DNA of 64,000 nucleotides from NCBI GenBank assembly GCA_946965045.2, contig OX337239.1:868001-932000 (forward strand), given 5' to 3'. A model generated the notes under the pieces. That model did no database searches. It saw only the letters and a list, made by a program, of their open reading frames with translations, and was not told the origin of the DNA. The position numbers were made by a program, and so were the translations under genes. Shown here piece after piece: positions 1 through 10,847 of the stretch (position 1 is its first letter; each line of letters starts with the position of its first letter). This DNA is from Epithemia pelagica (lineage: Eukaryota; Protista; Bacillariophyta).

Positions 1-4
1 CAAT

Positions 5-3000
5 TTGGATCGCTCTCGTACGTCACGAGATCGACCGGCATTGATTCGATCCGGTAGTCATCCGAGTTTGTCCAGCAATAATGACGTTCAAGCTGGTACT
101 CCTGGAAATGGCCAAAATTCACAGACCAAGACCATACTACTACTTCAATCCAGTCGTCATAGTGCAAACAGCAACGACCGAGACGGAGTACGACACACAG
201 CAACGAGCAGACCCAACCACGACAAGAGTCGATCGTACCATCCGTCCGCCGAGTTCCGCGCCACCGGAGAAACACGAGGTTCCATGCAACTTGAGGATGA
301 TCCAATAGGTAGTACTCAGGATAAAGTCGAGTCGCCCCTGTTTGAACCCCAAGAATGGGCTTTTCCATCTCCAGCATCTCCAAAGCCGACGAGAACGGAT
401 CTTGGTACCACCTCGCAGCAACACTCACCCTACAGCAACCCAGGAGTCTCACGTGATCATGATGATGATGACGAAGACATGGATGGCATTGTTTTACAAG
501 ATCTGAGCGAAACAACCGATATTGACGAATCTTCAACAGCCTCTTCTTTTTATTCGGAAAACAATCCAGTTAGTTTGAATTTCGGCGATTATTATGAGCA
601 ACCAGATCCTCTCGCCACAGCGAATATTGCGTCTCTGAAAACAAAGCCATTAAAGGATAATGATGATGGAATCGACGCTGTCATTGCATCCGTCTTGGCC
701 CTGCACGATGCCGTGTCCGAAGCACCCTCAGCAATGGTGACTGGAGAAAAGAATATCCCCTCCAGCAATAACCTTCGTCATGCCGAATCGCATGCAAAAG
801 TTTCTTCTCAGAAAAGGCCTCATGCAGCGCAACAGAGGGCACTACAAAACAAAAGGGAGTCTGGTCCAGGAAATCGCTCTCATCGACAACCACAAGTGCA
901 CGACGAATCCGGCACTGTTTCTTCCAAAGGAGACCACATGCGCAGGCATCCACAGCATCCTCATCATCACCACCATCATCATCATACTCGTGATAGAGGG
1001 CCACAACCACCGCAGAGAAAGCCACCGAATCGAGAAGTGACAATGCAACCACAAAGTAGAGGAATCTCACCACATCGATCCAGAGTTATGGGTGATGCAC
1101 AGGGGACGCGTGCTCAATCCAGTCGACCTCGTGGAGCGAGTCCTCTCCGACGTGAAAATGGGGGTCAATCCAGAATTCGTGGAGCGAGTCCTACACGACG
1201 CGGGAGTGGAGGTGGTTATGGGGAAGAAGCCAACTCGTCGTCCAATTCTCCCCGTCCAACCAAGCCAGTCCGTACAGGCGGACCTTCGACGCAACGTGGA
1301 ACCAGTCCTCCTCGGCGTAGAACTGATGCACAGGGGGTATCTTCGGGGCCTCATGGCAATAGATCCGATAATCGTCGCACTGGTTCTCCTCCTAGAAGGA
1401 AAAGTGCGGGGGCAGACGGAGCTATTCGGATGCCACAGAAATCGGAACCATTGGATGGTCCAGCGAGACGGCACAGTAGTCCATTTCGACGCAGTGCCGC
1501 TGATGAACATGGCTTTGAACAGGTCAAGTCGCCACGAGATCATAAAGTACACGCAACTGTGTCGTCTCCAATCTCACCCACAGGCCGAAGAAAAATGCAC
1601 AAGAACAAACCAACGGGGCCTGATTTGAATCACGTGCTATCTCCTTATTCACCCAAAAATGTCAGCAAAAGTCCACACAAGATATCGACACCAACAACAC
1701 CCAAAAAGTCAGGAACGAATCTCTCTCGACAACTGAGAAGTCCTGGAAAACTGAGTGCAGGCCAGTCTCCGGCTTCTACGCCCTCCATTCGGAAGAAACG
1801 TGCCTCGCCACGCAGCTTTGCAGCGGATTTTGTGGTTTGTACGAAAAAGGAACCCAAGACACCAACCCGAATCGCCAAGGAACAGGAAGGCCGAGAGCAT
1901 CTCGAACAAAGTTTGGCCGATCTAGTGGAAAGTATGCTGGAAGCGGACCAATCCGAACGTGGCGAGCATGATGTGCCTGACCGTCGACGTCAGATGAAAG
2001 ATCGAGTTATGGACTCAACCAACAACAACAACAGAAGTCCAGCAAAATCTCGATCCAGTAGACATGTATCAACTGACACAAACAAGCCCAAGCCTATGCA
2101 GCCACATCGACAACGACCAAGCTCCACACTTCTTGGTCTCCACCAGAGATCTGACCAACATCCACATGGAAAACGTGAACCGGAGCATCGACATGAACCA
2201 AGAAACGGCGGTACTTCTCGTGAACACAAACCATCCGCAGAAGTACCCAAACCTGTACCGCGTACATTGCCCCGTAACGACCCGCAACCTGCCCACCCAG
2301 AGCAACAGAACGCGAGATATCCAACGAGAAGTAGTAGTATGGACTCTTCCACAATGATGGGTCGGGATTTGGCAGCAGCGCGGAGTCAGCCTACTCTTTT
2401 GACAGAGCCGAGTCGAGGTTATCATGGCCCCAACAAAGTGGCCAATTCGCGGGCACCCATGGGTCGGACTTCTTCGAGCGACGCAGCCACACTGTCAATG
2501 ATGGAATCGAAAACGTCGTCCTCACGACTGACCCATCTCCGGAACAAGCGGGAGACGCTTCGAAAGGAGTTCGCCTTAAAGACGGCACGAATGTTGTTGG
2601 ATGAGACGATTAGCAACCACAGCAACAAGCACCACCAGCAACAAGAACATTTGCAGTCTCCCGTGGCACAGCAGCGGAAAGGCAAGGTTGACAAAAGTAT
2701 GGAAGCAACACTTATATCGTCTCCAACTATATCTACGGAAACAATCACTACCGCTCCTACCATATCAACATCTGGGACAAATCTAACCATTGCATCGCAA
2801 TCGAAACCGACCAAAGACAGGACAACCACCAAGGATCTTGTGTTGTCGAGAGCACAAAGCAGTACTATTCTGGGACAAACACGAGACAAACTCAATGAGG
2901 AGCGACAGCGCTTGGATCAATGGAAACTCAAACGCACCACCACGGAAGAAACGGAATCGACGTATTATACTTCTTCGGACCACAATCCACAGTCGCTGTC

Positions 3001-3058
3001 GCCGGTTTTGGCCCAAAACACTGCCCCATCGATCCCTCCCGAGCTTGTATCTTTGTAA
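5..3058 (+). CDS. Large low-complexity, intrinsically disordered Ser/Arg/Pro-rich protein of unknown function; probably 5'-partial
   Basis: 1017-codon uninterrupted ORF. The listed start is TTG and the frame is open to the window edge, so the gene probably begins upstream. Acidic patch, poly-His and repeated SPxRR motifs; no recognisable folded domain. Confidence 0.75.
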   Translation: MDRSRTSRDRPALIRSGSHPSLSSNNDVQAGTPGNGQNSQTKTILLLQSSRHSANSNDRDGVRHTATSRPNHDKSRSYHPSAEFRATGETRGSMQLEDDPIGSTQDKVESPLFEPQEWAFPSPASPKPTRTDLGTTSQQHSPYSNPGVSRDHDDDDEDMDGIVLQDLSETTDIDESSTASSFYSENNPVSLNFGDYYEQPDPLATANIASLKTKPLKDNDDGIDAVIASVLALHDAVSEAPSAMVTGEKNIPSSNNLRHAESHAKVSSQKRPHAAQQRALQNKRESGPGNRSHRQPQVHDESGTVSSKGDHMRRHPQHPHHHHHHHHTRDRGPQPPQRKPPNREVTMQPQSRGISPHRSRVMGDAQGTRAQSSRPRGASPLRRENGGQSRIRGASPTRRGSGGGYGEEANSSSNSPRPTKPVRTGGPSTQRGTSPPRRRTDAQGVSSGPHGNRSDNRRTGSPPRRKSAGADGAIRMPQKSEPLDGPARRHSSPFRRSAADEHGFEQVKSPRDHKVHATVSSPISPTGRRKMHKNKPTGPDLNHVLSPYSPKNVSKSPHKISTPTTPKKSGTNLSRQLRSPGKLSAGQSPASTPSIRKKRASPRSFAADFVVCTKKEPKTPTRIAKEQEGREHLEQSLADLVESMLEADQSERGEHDVPDRRRQMKDRVMDSTNNNNRSPAKSRSSRHVSTDTNKPKPMQPHRQRPSSTLLGLHQRSDQHPHGKREPEHRHEPRNGGTSREHKPSAEVPKPVPRTLPRNDPQPAHPEQQNARYPTRSSSMDSSTMMGRDLAAARSQPTLLTEPSRGYHGPNKVANSRAPMGRTSSSDAATLSMMESKTSSSRLTHLRNKRETLRKEFALKTARMLLDETISNHSNKHHQQQEHLQSPVAQQRKGKVDKSMEATLISSPTISTETITTAPTISTSGTNLTIASQSKPTKDRTTTKDLVLSRAQSSTILGQTRDKLNEERQRLDQWKLKRTTTEETESTYYTSSDHNPQSLSPVLAQNTAPSIPPELVSL

Positions 3059-3521
3059 CGATTTGTTAAGACTCAACCCTCAGAAGTGTTGGGCTTCCCT
3101 GAAGGGTTTTATTTCGTAGCTCCAGAGAAATGATCGTGTCAAACACATGAAATTAGAAGTGTCGATGACAAATAAGGGGGAAATGGCGCCATTATTATGG
3201 TTTAGTTTAGTTAAGTGAGTTTGGATCTCATACAAGGTAACAAACTGTTGAGATTTGCCGTATGGAAGATAATGACACGACAGAGAAAGGTATAGAGTAT
3301 GCCTACAGTGAACAAGACCAGGCTGTGCCGCTGAAAACTAAAAGGAGTGTGAACTTGCACTGTTCGTGCCTGTCTACCTAGAGGGGAACATGAGATTGCA
3401 AAACAAGACTGTGGTTTTGTCTATGCTTCCATTCCTTCTTTCGGAACGGGCTACAACCCTGTGTGTGTGTGTATTGGAATCGAATGTGTTTGCCTTACCT
3501 ACTAGGTACTCCTATAGGGTA

Positions 3522-4823
3522 TTATCCAAACCACAAGTTGTGGGTAAAGGAGGCAATGGACGCACCCAAGACGGCTCCTCCCACAACATCGGCAGGAAAA
3601 TGTTTGTTGTCCACAACGCGACTCGCCGCAATAAAGAGAGCAAGGGCCATGGGCAAAAGAGCAAGTACCGACCCCAGTCGTCGTTGCATGACTTGTCGGT
3701 ACACGTCGTGATGGTTGTTGTTGTTGTGGTAGGTCCAGTCGTCTTCGGGAGAGGCATGATACATGCTAGTAGTAGTATGGACGGGCCTCTCGTTCCAGGG
3801 GGATGCTAGCGTCGTCGCGGTTCCTTCTCTTGTCGTGGGTGCAGTCACACCCGTGTCGTTGTTGTTGGTGGACGGTGCCGCATACACTAGACGGTCGTTT
3901 GGTTGTTGCGACGAAGGGGGGTACGTGTGGGTATTCGCCATGGCTGTGGAGGAGTGTTGTCGTCGTCGTCGGGAACGTTGATAATATCCCATACCCCACC
4001 GTGTGTGCAAATACAAGGTCAACAAGGACAAACCGGCAAAGGCTGTACTGGCATGTCCCGAAGGAAAACTTTTGCGCAATTCGTCCACCACAGTGTCATT
4101 GTTGGTACAGGCTGAATAATCGTCCGTGGGTTGACATTGATTGTAAAAAATGGGACGCAAATAACCGACATAGAGTTTGACGGCATCTGTTGCCAAGTGG
4201 TTCAATCCCATGGTCACCAGGTAGACGCATACAGTGGCATGGACATCGTATTCATGACAAATTGACGACTTGCCACAAAACCAACCACCACGAAAAACGG
4301 CAGTGCACCAACAAGACGACGACCACCAGGGGGAACCTTCCGTACACAGTGCCAAGTGAATTTGCAAGAGGACAGGTATAAAGACGGATATGACAATTAA
4401 CAAGGGCGTTGACACGGTTTCACCTTCCAGGGTCTCGTTGTTCACCAAATTTCGGACATAGTCTCCGGAATTGTCCAATACTTGAAAGGGAATGGGTCGT
4501 TCGTGAGGTGTAAAGAGCTCCAAAATGGCATAACAAAAGATGCAAAATACCACGCAACAGATCAATTCCATTCTCTGAGCAGGGGCCGTGGAATCTCGTC
4601 CAGCAGTCGTCGTCGTTGTTGTTGTGCTTGTCGTCGTGGCGGTTGGATGGATTTCATGGGAGTTTTCGTCATTGTCGTCAACGATTTGCTCCAAATCCGT
4701 AGAACTCACCAAAGTATGATTCGTTGTCACTTGTCGTTCCTCTGGAAGTGATGGTGAAGAATGTCGAATGGAATCTGCTGCAGCAGATGCACCGGCGGAT
4801 GAAGGACTCTGCTGCTGCTGCAT
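3522..4823 (-). CDS. PAP2-family lipid phosphate phosphatase (phosphatidic acid phosphatase type 2)
   Basis: All three PAP2 motifs are present: C1 KLYVGYLRP, C2 FPSGH, C3 SRVVDNKHFPAD, with hydrophobic helices. First ATG at 4823 (MQQQQ). Confidence 0.93.
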   Translation of the reverse strand: MQQQQSPSSAGASAAADSIRHSSPSLPEERQVTTNHTLVSSTDLEQIVDDNDENSHEIHPTATTTSTTTTTTTAGRDSTAPAQRMELICCVVFCIFCYAILELFTPHERPIPFQVLDNSGDYVRNLVNNETLEGETVSTPLLIVISVFIPVLLQIHLALCTEGSPWWSSSCWCTAVFRGGWFCGKSSICHEYDVHATVCVYLVTMGLNHLATDAVKLYVGYLRPIFYNQCQPTDDYSACTNNDTVVDELRKSFPSGHASTAFAGLSLLTLYLHTRWGMGYYQRSRRRRQHSSTAMANTHTYPPSSQQPNDRLVYAAPSTNNNDTGVTAPTTREGTATTLASPWNERPVHTTTSMYHASPEDDWTYHNNNNHHDVYRQVMQRRLGSVLALLPMALALFIAASRVVDNKHFPADVVGGAVLGASIASFTHNLWFG

Positions 4824-5440
4824 CGTCAATTTCCGGAACGACCACTGACAATAACTAACAACAAGTGGTTCTGCGGCTTGTGTTACTTGACGTTCTGTCG
4901 TCTCAAGTGTCGTCGTTTGCAACACCGGGAGATCTTTGAGATTCTAGCATCACCTCTCTTTGACGGTCAACGCTTCTTCTTCGTCATGGAGAAAATGGGC
5001 GTTTGAGTTTGAGGTTGTTGCTCTTTGCGCGCGCGTGTGTGTCCTGGTTTCATGTGCGACCATTACTGCTCTTGAGTCGCCAACTGAACCAGAGGTCGCG
5101 TTTATACTACTTTGGCTACATTTCCGATAGTGGGTATCTAGCGGCTAACCTATCATATTTCGTGGTTGTGATCTACCTACAAAGGAATCCATGACATGTA
5201 CCAGGAGAGGACTCTTCCATACGAAACAAGATCCCACCGTCGTATCTCACTCCTCACTGTTCGACACAACAACAACACATGGCAGTTCAAAAACAAGCAT
5301 GTAATACTACTTAGTAACGACCCATGTAGGAAACACTACTAGCTACAGTGACAAACGGCCACCCTCTCTCCCTTATTGTGTCTCTTCTTCGGTTCGGTGG
5401 GGACCGTTTGGTCCTTTTTCTCCCTTTTTCCAGCAGTTAG

Positions 5441-7708
5441 CTAGTGCGGGGTGGCAGCAGCCACCACCAAGGTGGGTTGAATGCGCTTCTTCTTTTTTTG
5501 GATGGCCTGGGCAGCCAGTGGTTGTGGTTCTGGTGGGGGTGGATCCAGTCGTTTGCGTCCACTCTCCTCCTCCTCAGGGGGGTTCGTCGTCACGTTGGGG
5601 GAGGAGGGGGAATCCTGGTCCATTGGGTGGTCCTCCTGCTCCGCTTGTGGTTGGGATGGGGAAGGATTTGCCCCGTCCTGGGTGTCGGGTGTTTCTGGAC
5701 CAACGACGACCTTGACCTTTTTGGCGGGTCGATGCGTCGGCAATTGCACCGGACCGGGATCGCAGGGTGGCAATGGCACGGGGGTGGCCGTGGGAACCGT
5801 CTGACGGAATGATGACACTGACGACATGGACGACGACGCACGGAGGGGTGTCCCCAATTCGCCCGGTTCAAAATGAATCAAGGACACGTAGCCATCCGAA
5901 GAGGATACGAGCAAGTCGTGGCCATTGGCCGACCAGGCTCCATCGGTAAAATTGGCATAATGCAAACCCGACACGTAGGCCAAGGGATGCGTCGAGACGG
6001 TGTCGTAAATCACAACGCAATCCCACGTCAAGACGGCAAACAGACTGCGATACGAGGGACGACGGGGTTCGTTTTCTTTGTTATTGTTGTCGTTGTTGGA
6101 ATCCTCTTGTTGTGGTTGTCGTCGTGATTGTTGTGCAGGTGGGAGAGCAAAGAGAACGGGGTTGGGGACAATGGCCACGGCCGGTCGCGTCAAGCCCGTG
6201 ACAATGCGATGGGGTTCTTCAAATTCGTGTCGGCGAAACATGAGAACGGCATGTTGCGTGGAACCATGATGGTTGTGATGGTGATTGTTGTTATTATTGT
6301 TGGTGTCGTGAAGGGGTGTTGTCTTGTACAAGGCGGTCGGACAGAGCAAGTACTGTCCATCGACGGTCCAGGCCAAGCGTCGAAAAAAGGATTCGACCGT
6401 GGCTTCGTCGGCAAACCAATACTGACGGGCGCCGGAAGCACCATTCATCAGGTCGGTGGTTGTCGTCATGGTGGTACTGGTCATGGATTCTTCCAGGACG
6501 GCGGGACGGGGCGCATACTTGAGGACGCGCGTTTTGGCCACTTCGAATTTGGACTGGGACAACCAGGCTTGGACAATGTCGCGTGGGTGGGGTGGTTGCA
6601 CCACTGACACGGTCGTCGTGTTCGTCGAGTTGTTGGTAGTGGGGCTGCTGCTTGCACTGGCCGATGCGTCATGGTCGTGGTCCTCCCTGGTCGTATTGAC
6701 GACGGCCGCCGCCAAGACCTTTTTGAGGGTCTTGGCCGTGGCCTTGCGCGGGTACAAGCGGACCGTGCGATCGTGCGACATGCTGGCCAAGTAGACGCCC
6801 AGGGGATCGTAGGCAACGCCTTGGACGTAATGATGGTGTTCGGCAATCCGCAACACTACCTGCCAGTCTTCGCCGCCGCCATGGACCGTCGATGTGGTGG
6901 TGGACGTGGACGTCGTGCTCGAGCCCGTTGTCTCCACGCGTTGCACGAGCGTGACGGAATGATCAATGTTGGCCAAGACGAGGCGTTGGGAATCGGCCGA
7001 CCACGAGACATCGACCAAGCCTTCGCCGGCCGTGCCCCGGACCAATTGCGACTGCAAGTCGGCAGCCGACGCCGTCAAATTCCAATAATGCCGGCCATTG
7101 CCATTGCCGCGTTTCTGCCAGGGCACCGAATACAGGTGCAACATGGTTCCGGCATCCGAGGCCACGGCTAGAAACAAGCCATTGGGGGCAAATTTGCAAC
7201 TTTGCACCGCGACGCCCGACAAGGAACGACCCAAACTGTACCGATAAGACAAGCCGCCGCTACTGGAGGAGGAGGTTCCCATGGTGCCGCCTTGAGAAGC
7301 AGTAGTACTAGTCGTCGTAGTAGTAGTGTTGTTGTTGGTGGTGGTGACAGGACCACTACCAGTGGGAGCCGAATGACTGGGAGCCAATCGAGTGGGTTTG
7401 CGTTGAAACATGGTTGGAGTACTGGTGCTCGTTGTACTTGTACTTGTTGTACTAGTCGTTGGCAAGAGCAAGAGACTCCAGACATTGACTTGGGCGGCAT
7501 TGCCGGCCGTGACCAGAATGTGATTGTAGGGTTCGGGCAAGCCCGACGGCATGAGATCCAAGGAATACAAGGCGGCATTCATGGCCGTCGTTGTCGTCGT
7601 AGTCGTCGAGGACGATCGAGCCGCCGCCTTGGATTTGCTGTGGTTGGGACGACGACGACTTTCGCCTTGGGCGGCATTCCACAAAATTTGAGGAGTTTCC
7701 ACCAACAT
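5441..7708 (-). CDS. CHAF1B: Chromatin assembly factor 1 subunit B (p60/Cac2/FAS2), WD40 protein
   Basis: CAF-1 p60-typical segments: MLVETPQILWN, HHHYVQGVAYDPLGVYLASMSHDRTVRLY, FADEATVESFFRRLAWTVDG, SYRSLFAV..VVIYDT..PLAYVSGLHYANFTDGAWS..DGYVSLIHFEPGELG. C-terminal KKKKRIQPTLV. ATG at 7708. Confidence 0.88.
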   Translation of the reverse strand: MLVETPQILWNAAQGESRRRPNHSKSKAAARSSSTTTTTTTAMNAALYSLDLMPSGLPEPYNHILVTAGNAAQVNVWSLLLLPTTSTTSTSTTSTSTPTMFQRKPTRLAPSHSAPTGSGPVTTTNNNTTTTTTSTTASQGGTMGTSSSSSGGLSYRYSLGRSLSGVAVQSCKFAPNGLFLAVASDAGTMLHLYSVPWQKRGNGNGRHYWNLTASAADLQSQLVRGTAGEGLVDVSWSADSQRLVLANIDHSVTLVQRVETTGSSTTSTSTTTSTVHGGGEDWQVVLRIAEHHHYVQGVAYDPLGVYLASMSHDRTVRLYPRKATAKTLKKVLAAAVVNTTREDHDHDASASASSSPTTNNSTNTTTVSVVQPPHPRDIVQAWLSQSKFEVAKTRVLKYAPRPAVLEESMTSTTMTTTTDLMNGASGARQYWFADEATVESFFRRLAWTVDGQYLLCPTALYKTTPLHDTNNNNNNHHHNHHGSTQHAVLMFRRHEFEEPHRIVTGLTRPAVAIVPNPVLFALPPAQQSRRQPQQEDSNNDNNNKENEPRRPSYRSLFAVLTWDCVVIYDTVSTHPLAYVSGLHYANFTDGAWSANGHDLLVSSSDGYVSLIHFEPGELGTPLRASSSMSSVSSFRQTVPTATPVPLPPCDPGPVQLPTHRPAKKVKVVVGPETPDTQDGANPSPSQPQAEQEDHPMDQDSPSSPNVTTNPPEEEESGRKRLDPPPPEPQPLAAQAIQKKKKRIQPTLVVAAATPH

Positions 7709-8630
7709 GGTGCTGCTGCTGCTGCTGCTGCTAGGAGGATTCAGAAAATGGCACTGCAACGACTTGAGTATGTGACGAGTGGCAACACTGGCAACCAACG
7801 AGACCGAGCCACGTTCCGGTTCTATCGAGTGTCTTGCTCTCGAGTCTCTCTTTTTCTTGTCTGGATCCTTGTTTCTTCTGGACAATCCAGCAAACCAAAT
7901 CTCAGCTTTGCTTTGCCACAGAGACAGGATAATAGATTGTACCAGAGTGTCGTCTTTCGATTCGTCGGGGGTTGGTTTCGTTTCTTTTGCTCAAAGTAAG
8001 ATGGTGGTGTGGTGATCCGTCTTGTACTTGTAGTCTGGATTCTGGAATGGATGTGTTGGGTTGTGGCGGCCCGCCCGGCCGACGACTGGCGGGAAAGACG
8101 GGTCGGCGCGGAGGAAGAGACATCACGGAGTCGCGTTTCTTTGGTCGCTCTACCTAGTAACGCGACCAAACGAATGAGGCCAACCGCGGCTTCGCATTTT
8201 TTCGTCAACGCAATCCCATCAAGAGAAAGATACCCTCGGTGGATGATGGATGATGCAACACAGAAGACGCAATTGCACACCCAACCAACCAACATGTGCC
8301 ACACAGATGGTTCTTCTTTTCCATTCTTTGTGCCAACGGCAGGAGATTCGATTCGGGTTGTTTCCATGTCTGTTCTGTTTCACACAACATCCTAGACACC
8401 AAACACCAAACAAACCCACAATGGGATCAGGGAACGATCGTATCTTTCCATTCGAACAGAATCATCCTGTTTCACATCAACGACAGTGAATGACCTGACT
8501 GGCTGCGCAGCTTGTGTGCGTGTTGACACCCCTTCCAACTACTACTCTACTAGCTTGTACTCGTGTATTTCTCATTCCTCCACACCTCACCACCATTGAT
8601 TGGGCTTGGCCATTCTCACGATTGGATGTG

Positions 8631-10309
8631 ATGCAAGAACCACGCCATTCGAACCATCACCATCACCATTACAACCGCCCATTCTCCTCCACTTCTTCAT
8701 TGGCAAACATGGCCCAACCACAAACCAAGACTCGGTCTCTTCTTCCTACAACCACAACCACAACACCACCACCACCAAGGCTTGGCTGGAGCAACAATGA
8801 GGATTCGCAAACGTTCCACACCAGCCACCCGAGCGATTCGTCCGCATCCCCCGTTGTTGTTGCTTCTCCCACGACGACATCGACGACGGCCACAACAACC
8901 CGGACGATCACAACAACAACACCACGACAACCGACGACGACGACTCTTTCTTCCAAGAATAGGATTGTTCCCCAATGGTGGCCCTGGTGGTCACGATACT
9001 GGCAGTCCTCTCCCCTCTGTCGGTGTTGCGTGGCGGAATGTGTGGGAACCTTTGTCATTGTCTGTTTGGGTACCGGGTCCACCATGGCGGCCACGGTCAC
9101 CTTGGGCGAACCCCATCACCACATTTCCTTGTCGTCCTCGGCCAGTATTGGAGCCGTGGCCATAACCTTGGGCATTAAAGTGTCGGCCCCCATTGCCCGC
9201 GCCGCCTTGAATCCGGCCATTTCCTTGGCCTTTTTTCTCGTTCGACCCTTGCCCCCGTCCCATCGCAATTATTGTGCCACGATTTCCTGGTATTGGCAAT
9301 TTCTGGCCCATGCCGTGTCGCAAATACTTGGGGCCGCTCTCGCCTCCTTGGTCAATTTGACCATGTTTCACGATCGCTTGCACGCTGTCGAAGAGGCCCA
9401 TGGGATCATTCGGGGATCGACCGATTTGGAATCCTCGTCCGCCAATCACGAATCGCCCGTCCGGACGGCCCATTGTTTTGGCCAATACATTCATCATTCG
9501 CGCGTCACCACGGCTCAAGCGTTTGTGATTGAAGCCTTGGGAACGGCCGTCATTGTCGCCGTCATTTTTGGAGTGACCCATCCGCATCGACAACGGCGGC
9601 ATCGGCCTCGACCATTACAAGAACAATCACCATTACAACCAGGAGTAAAAGCCCCCACCAACAACAACAGCAATAACACGGTACGGCTCAATGGCACTAC
9701 CCATTACCACCACAACGGCACCACCCAGCCACTGGACCCTGTCCCTGCGCCACAACAACAACAGCAACAACAACAACAACACTCCGACCCCAAAACACAT
9801 GTAGGTTCGACGCAACATCGATACCGATATCGACGACTCTCCTACAATGGCTACGGTCCCCCCAACAACAAAAACAACGAAACCGACAACAACGACTACA
9901 CCTACAAGGATGTCACCTTGTTGATTCCCTGTTTGATTGGTGCCACGATGGGCGTTTTGATTGCCATTTTGTCGCCCCTCACTCAGGCCGGCTTTAATCC
10001 GGCCCGGGATTTGGGACCCCGCGTGGTGGACCACGTCTTTGGAGGCTTTAGTGCCACGGTAGCCTTTTATCAATGGTGGGTCTTTTTTTGGCCCCCTTGG
10101 TGGGTGGACCGTTGGGAGGATATGTGGTGGATGTCCTCTTGTATCCACCACAGTCGGAGGAGACGGAGGACCACCGGAAGGTGGTACCACCATCCTCTGT
10201 GTTACCAAACGATTCGATACAGCAGTCATTGCCATTGTCACCACAGCAACATCCACAACAACAACAACAACAACAACCAGAAAATCAACACCAGTCGCAT
10301 TCGTCCTAG
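8631..10309 (+). CDS. MIP-family aquaglyceroporin (GlpF-like) with an apparent -1 frameshift at a T7 run near 10083-10089
   Basis: Two NPA motifs: AALNPAISLAF and GFNPARDLGPR (NPARD is the glyceroporin signature). TM1 is AECVGTFVIVCLGTG. The last helix (..FLAPLVGGPLGGYVVDVLLY) lies in a different frame ending at TAG 10309, while the unshifted frame runs on to 10475 in non-MIP-like sequence. Start at ATG 8631 or 8709. Confidence 0.88.
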
Positions 10310-10847
10310 AACAGTCTCACTCTGCGACAACCAAACGGTACCAATCATCTGTATCATCCGTATCAGTATGACTCTGCGGCGGCGTCCAATGGATACCACA
10401 ATCACAACCCGTAACCATGCCTCCGGAGTACCACCACCCAAAGCACAACCATACACAAGACTTTCCTCTCTCTGAGGTTGACACTCGACATCTCGGGACT
10501 CCCTCCAACAACCACCACAACAACGACAATGACGATTGCCGGAGGCGAGTCCACGAGCACGACGACTCTGGTACAAACTACTACTACCACCAGCACCACT
10601 AAGAATGTGTGCCTCGTTGGCGCACATTCCTTCATTTTTTATACTAGATAGATAGTTGCATGGTTTAGAAAAAAACGTACTACACTGGGTGTTTGTTCGG
10701 CGGACCGTACGGTAGGTAAACACAAGCATACTGCGGCAGAGAGAACCACTGCAATATGAACGACTACGACGCGAAAAGGATGTAACATGTGGAAACAGAC
10801 ATTTTTGGTTTCGTCCACAACAAGTTGCGTGTTGCATCTCTTCTTGT

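Noticed and set aside
5444-8400. Long antisense or overlapping ORFs over CAF-1 p60 (e.g. 7202-7999, 6128-6607, 7822-8367) and similar shadow ORFs throughout the window
   Set aside because: These are expected by-products of trinucleotide low-complexity coding DNA (poly-Thr/Ser read as poly-Val/Cys/Arg) and carry no motifs.
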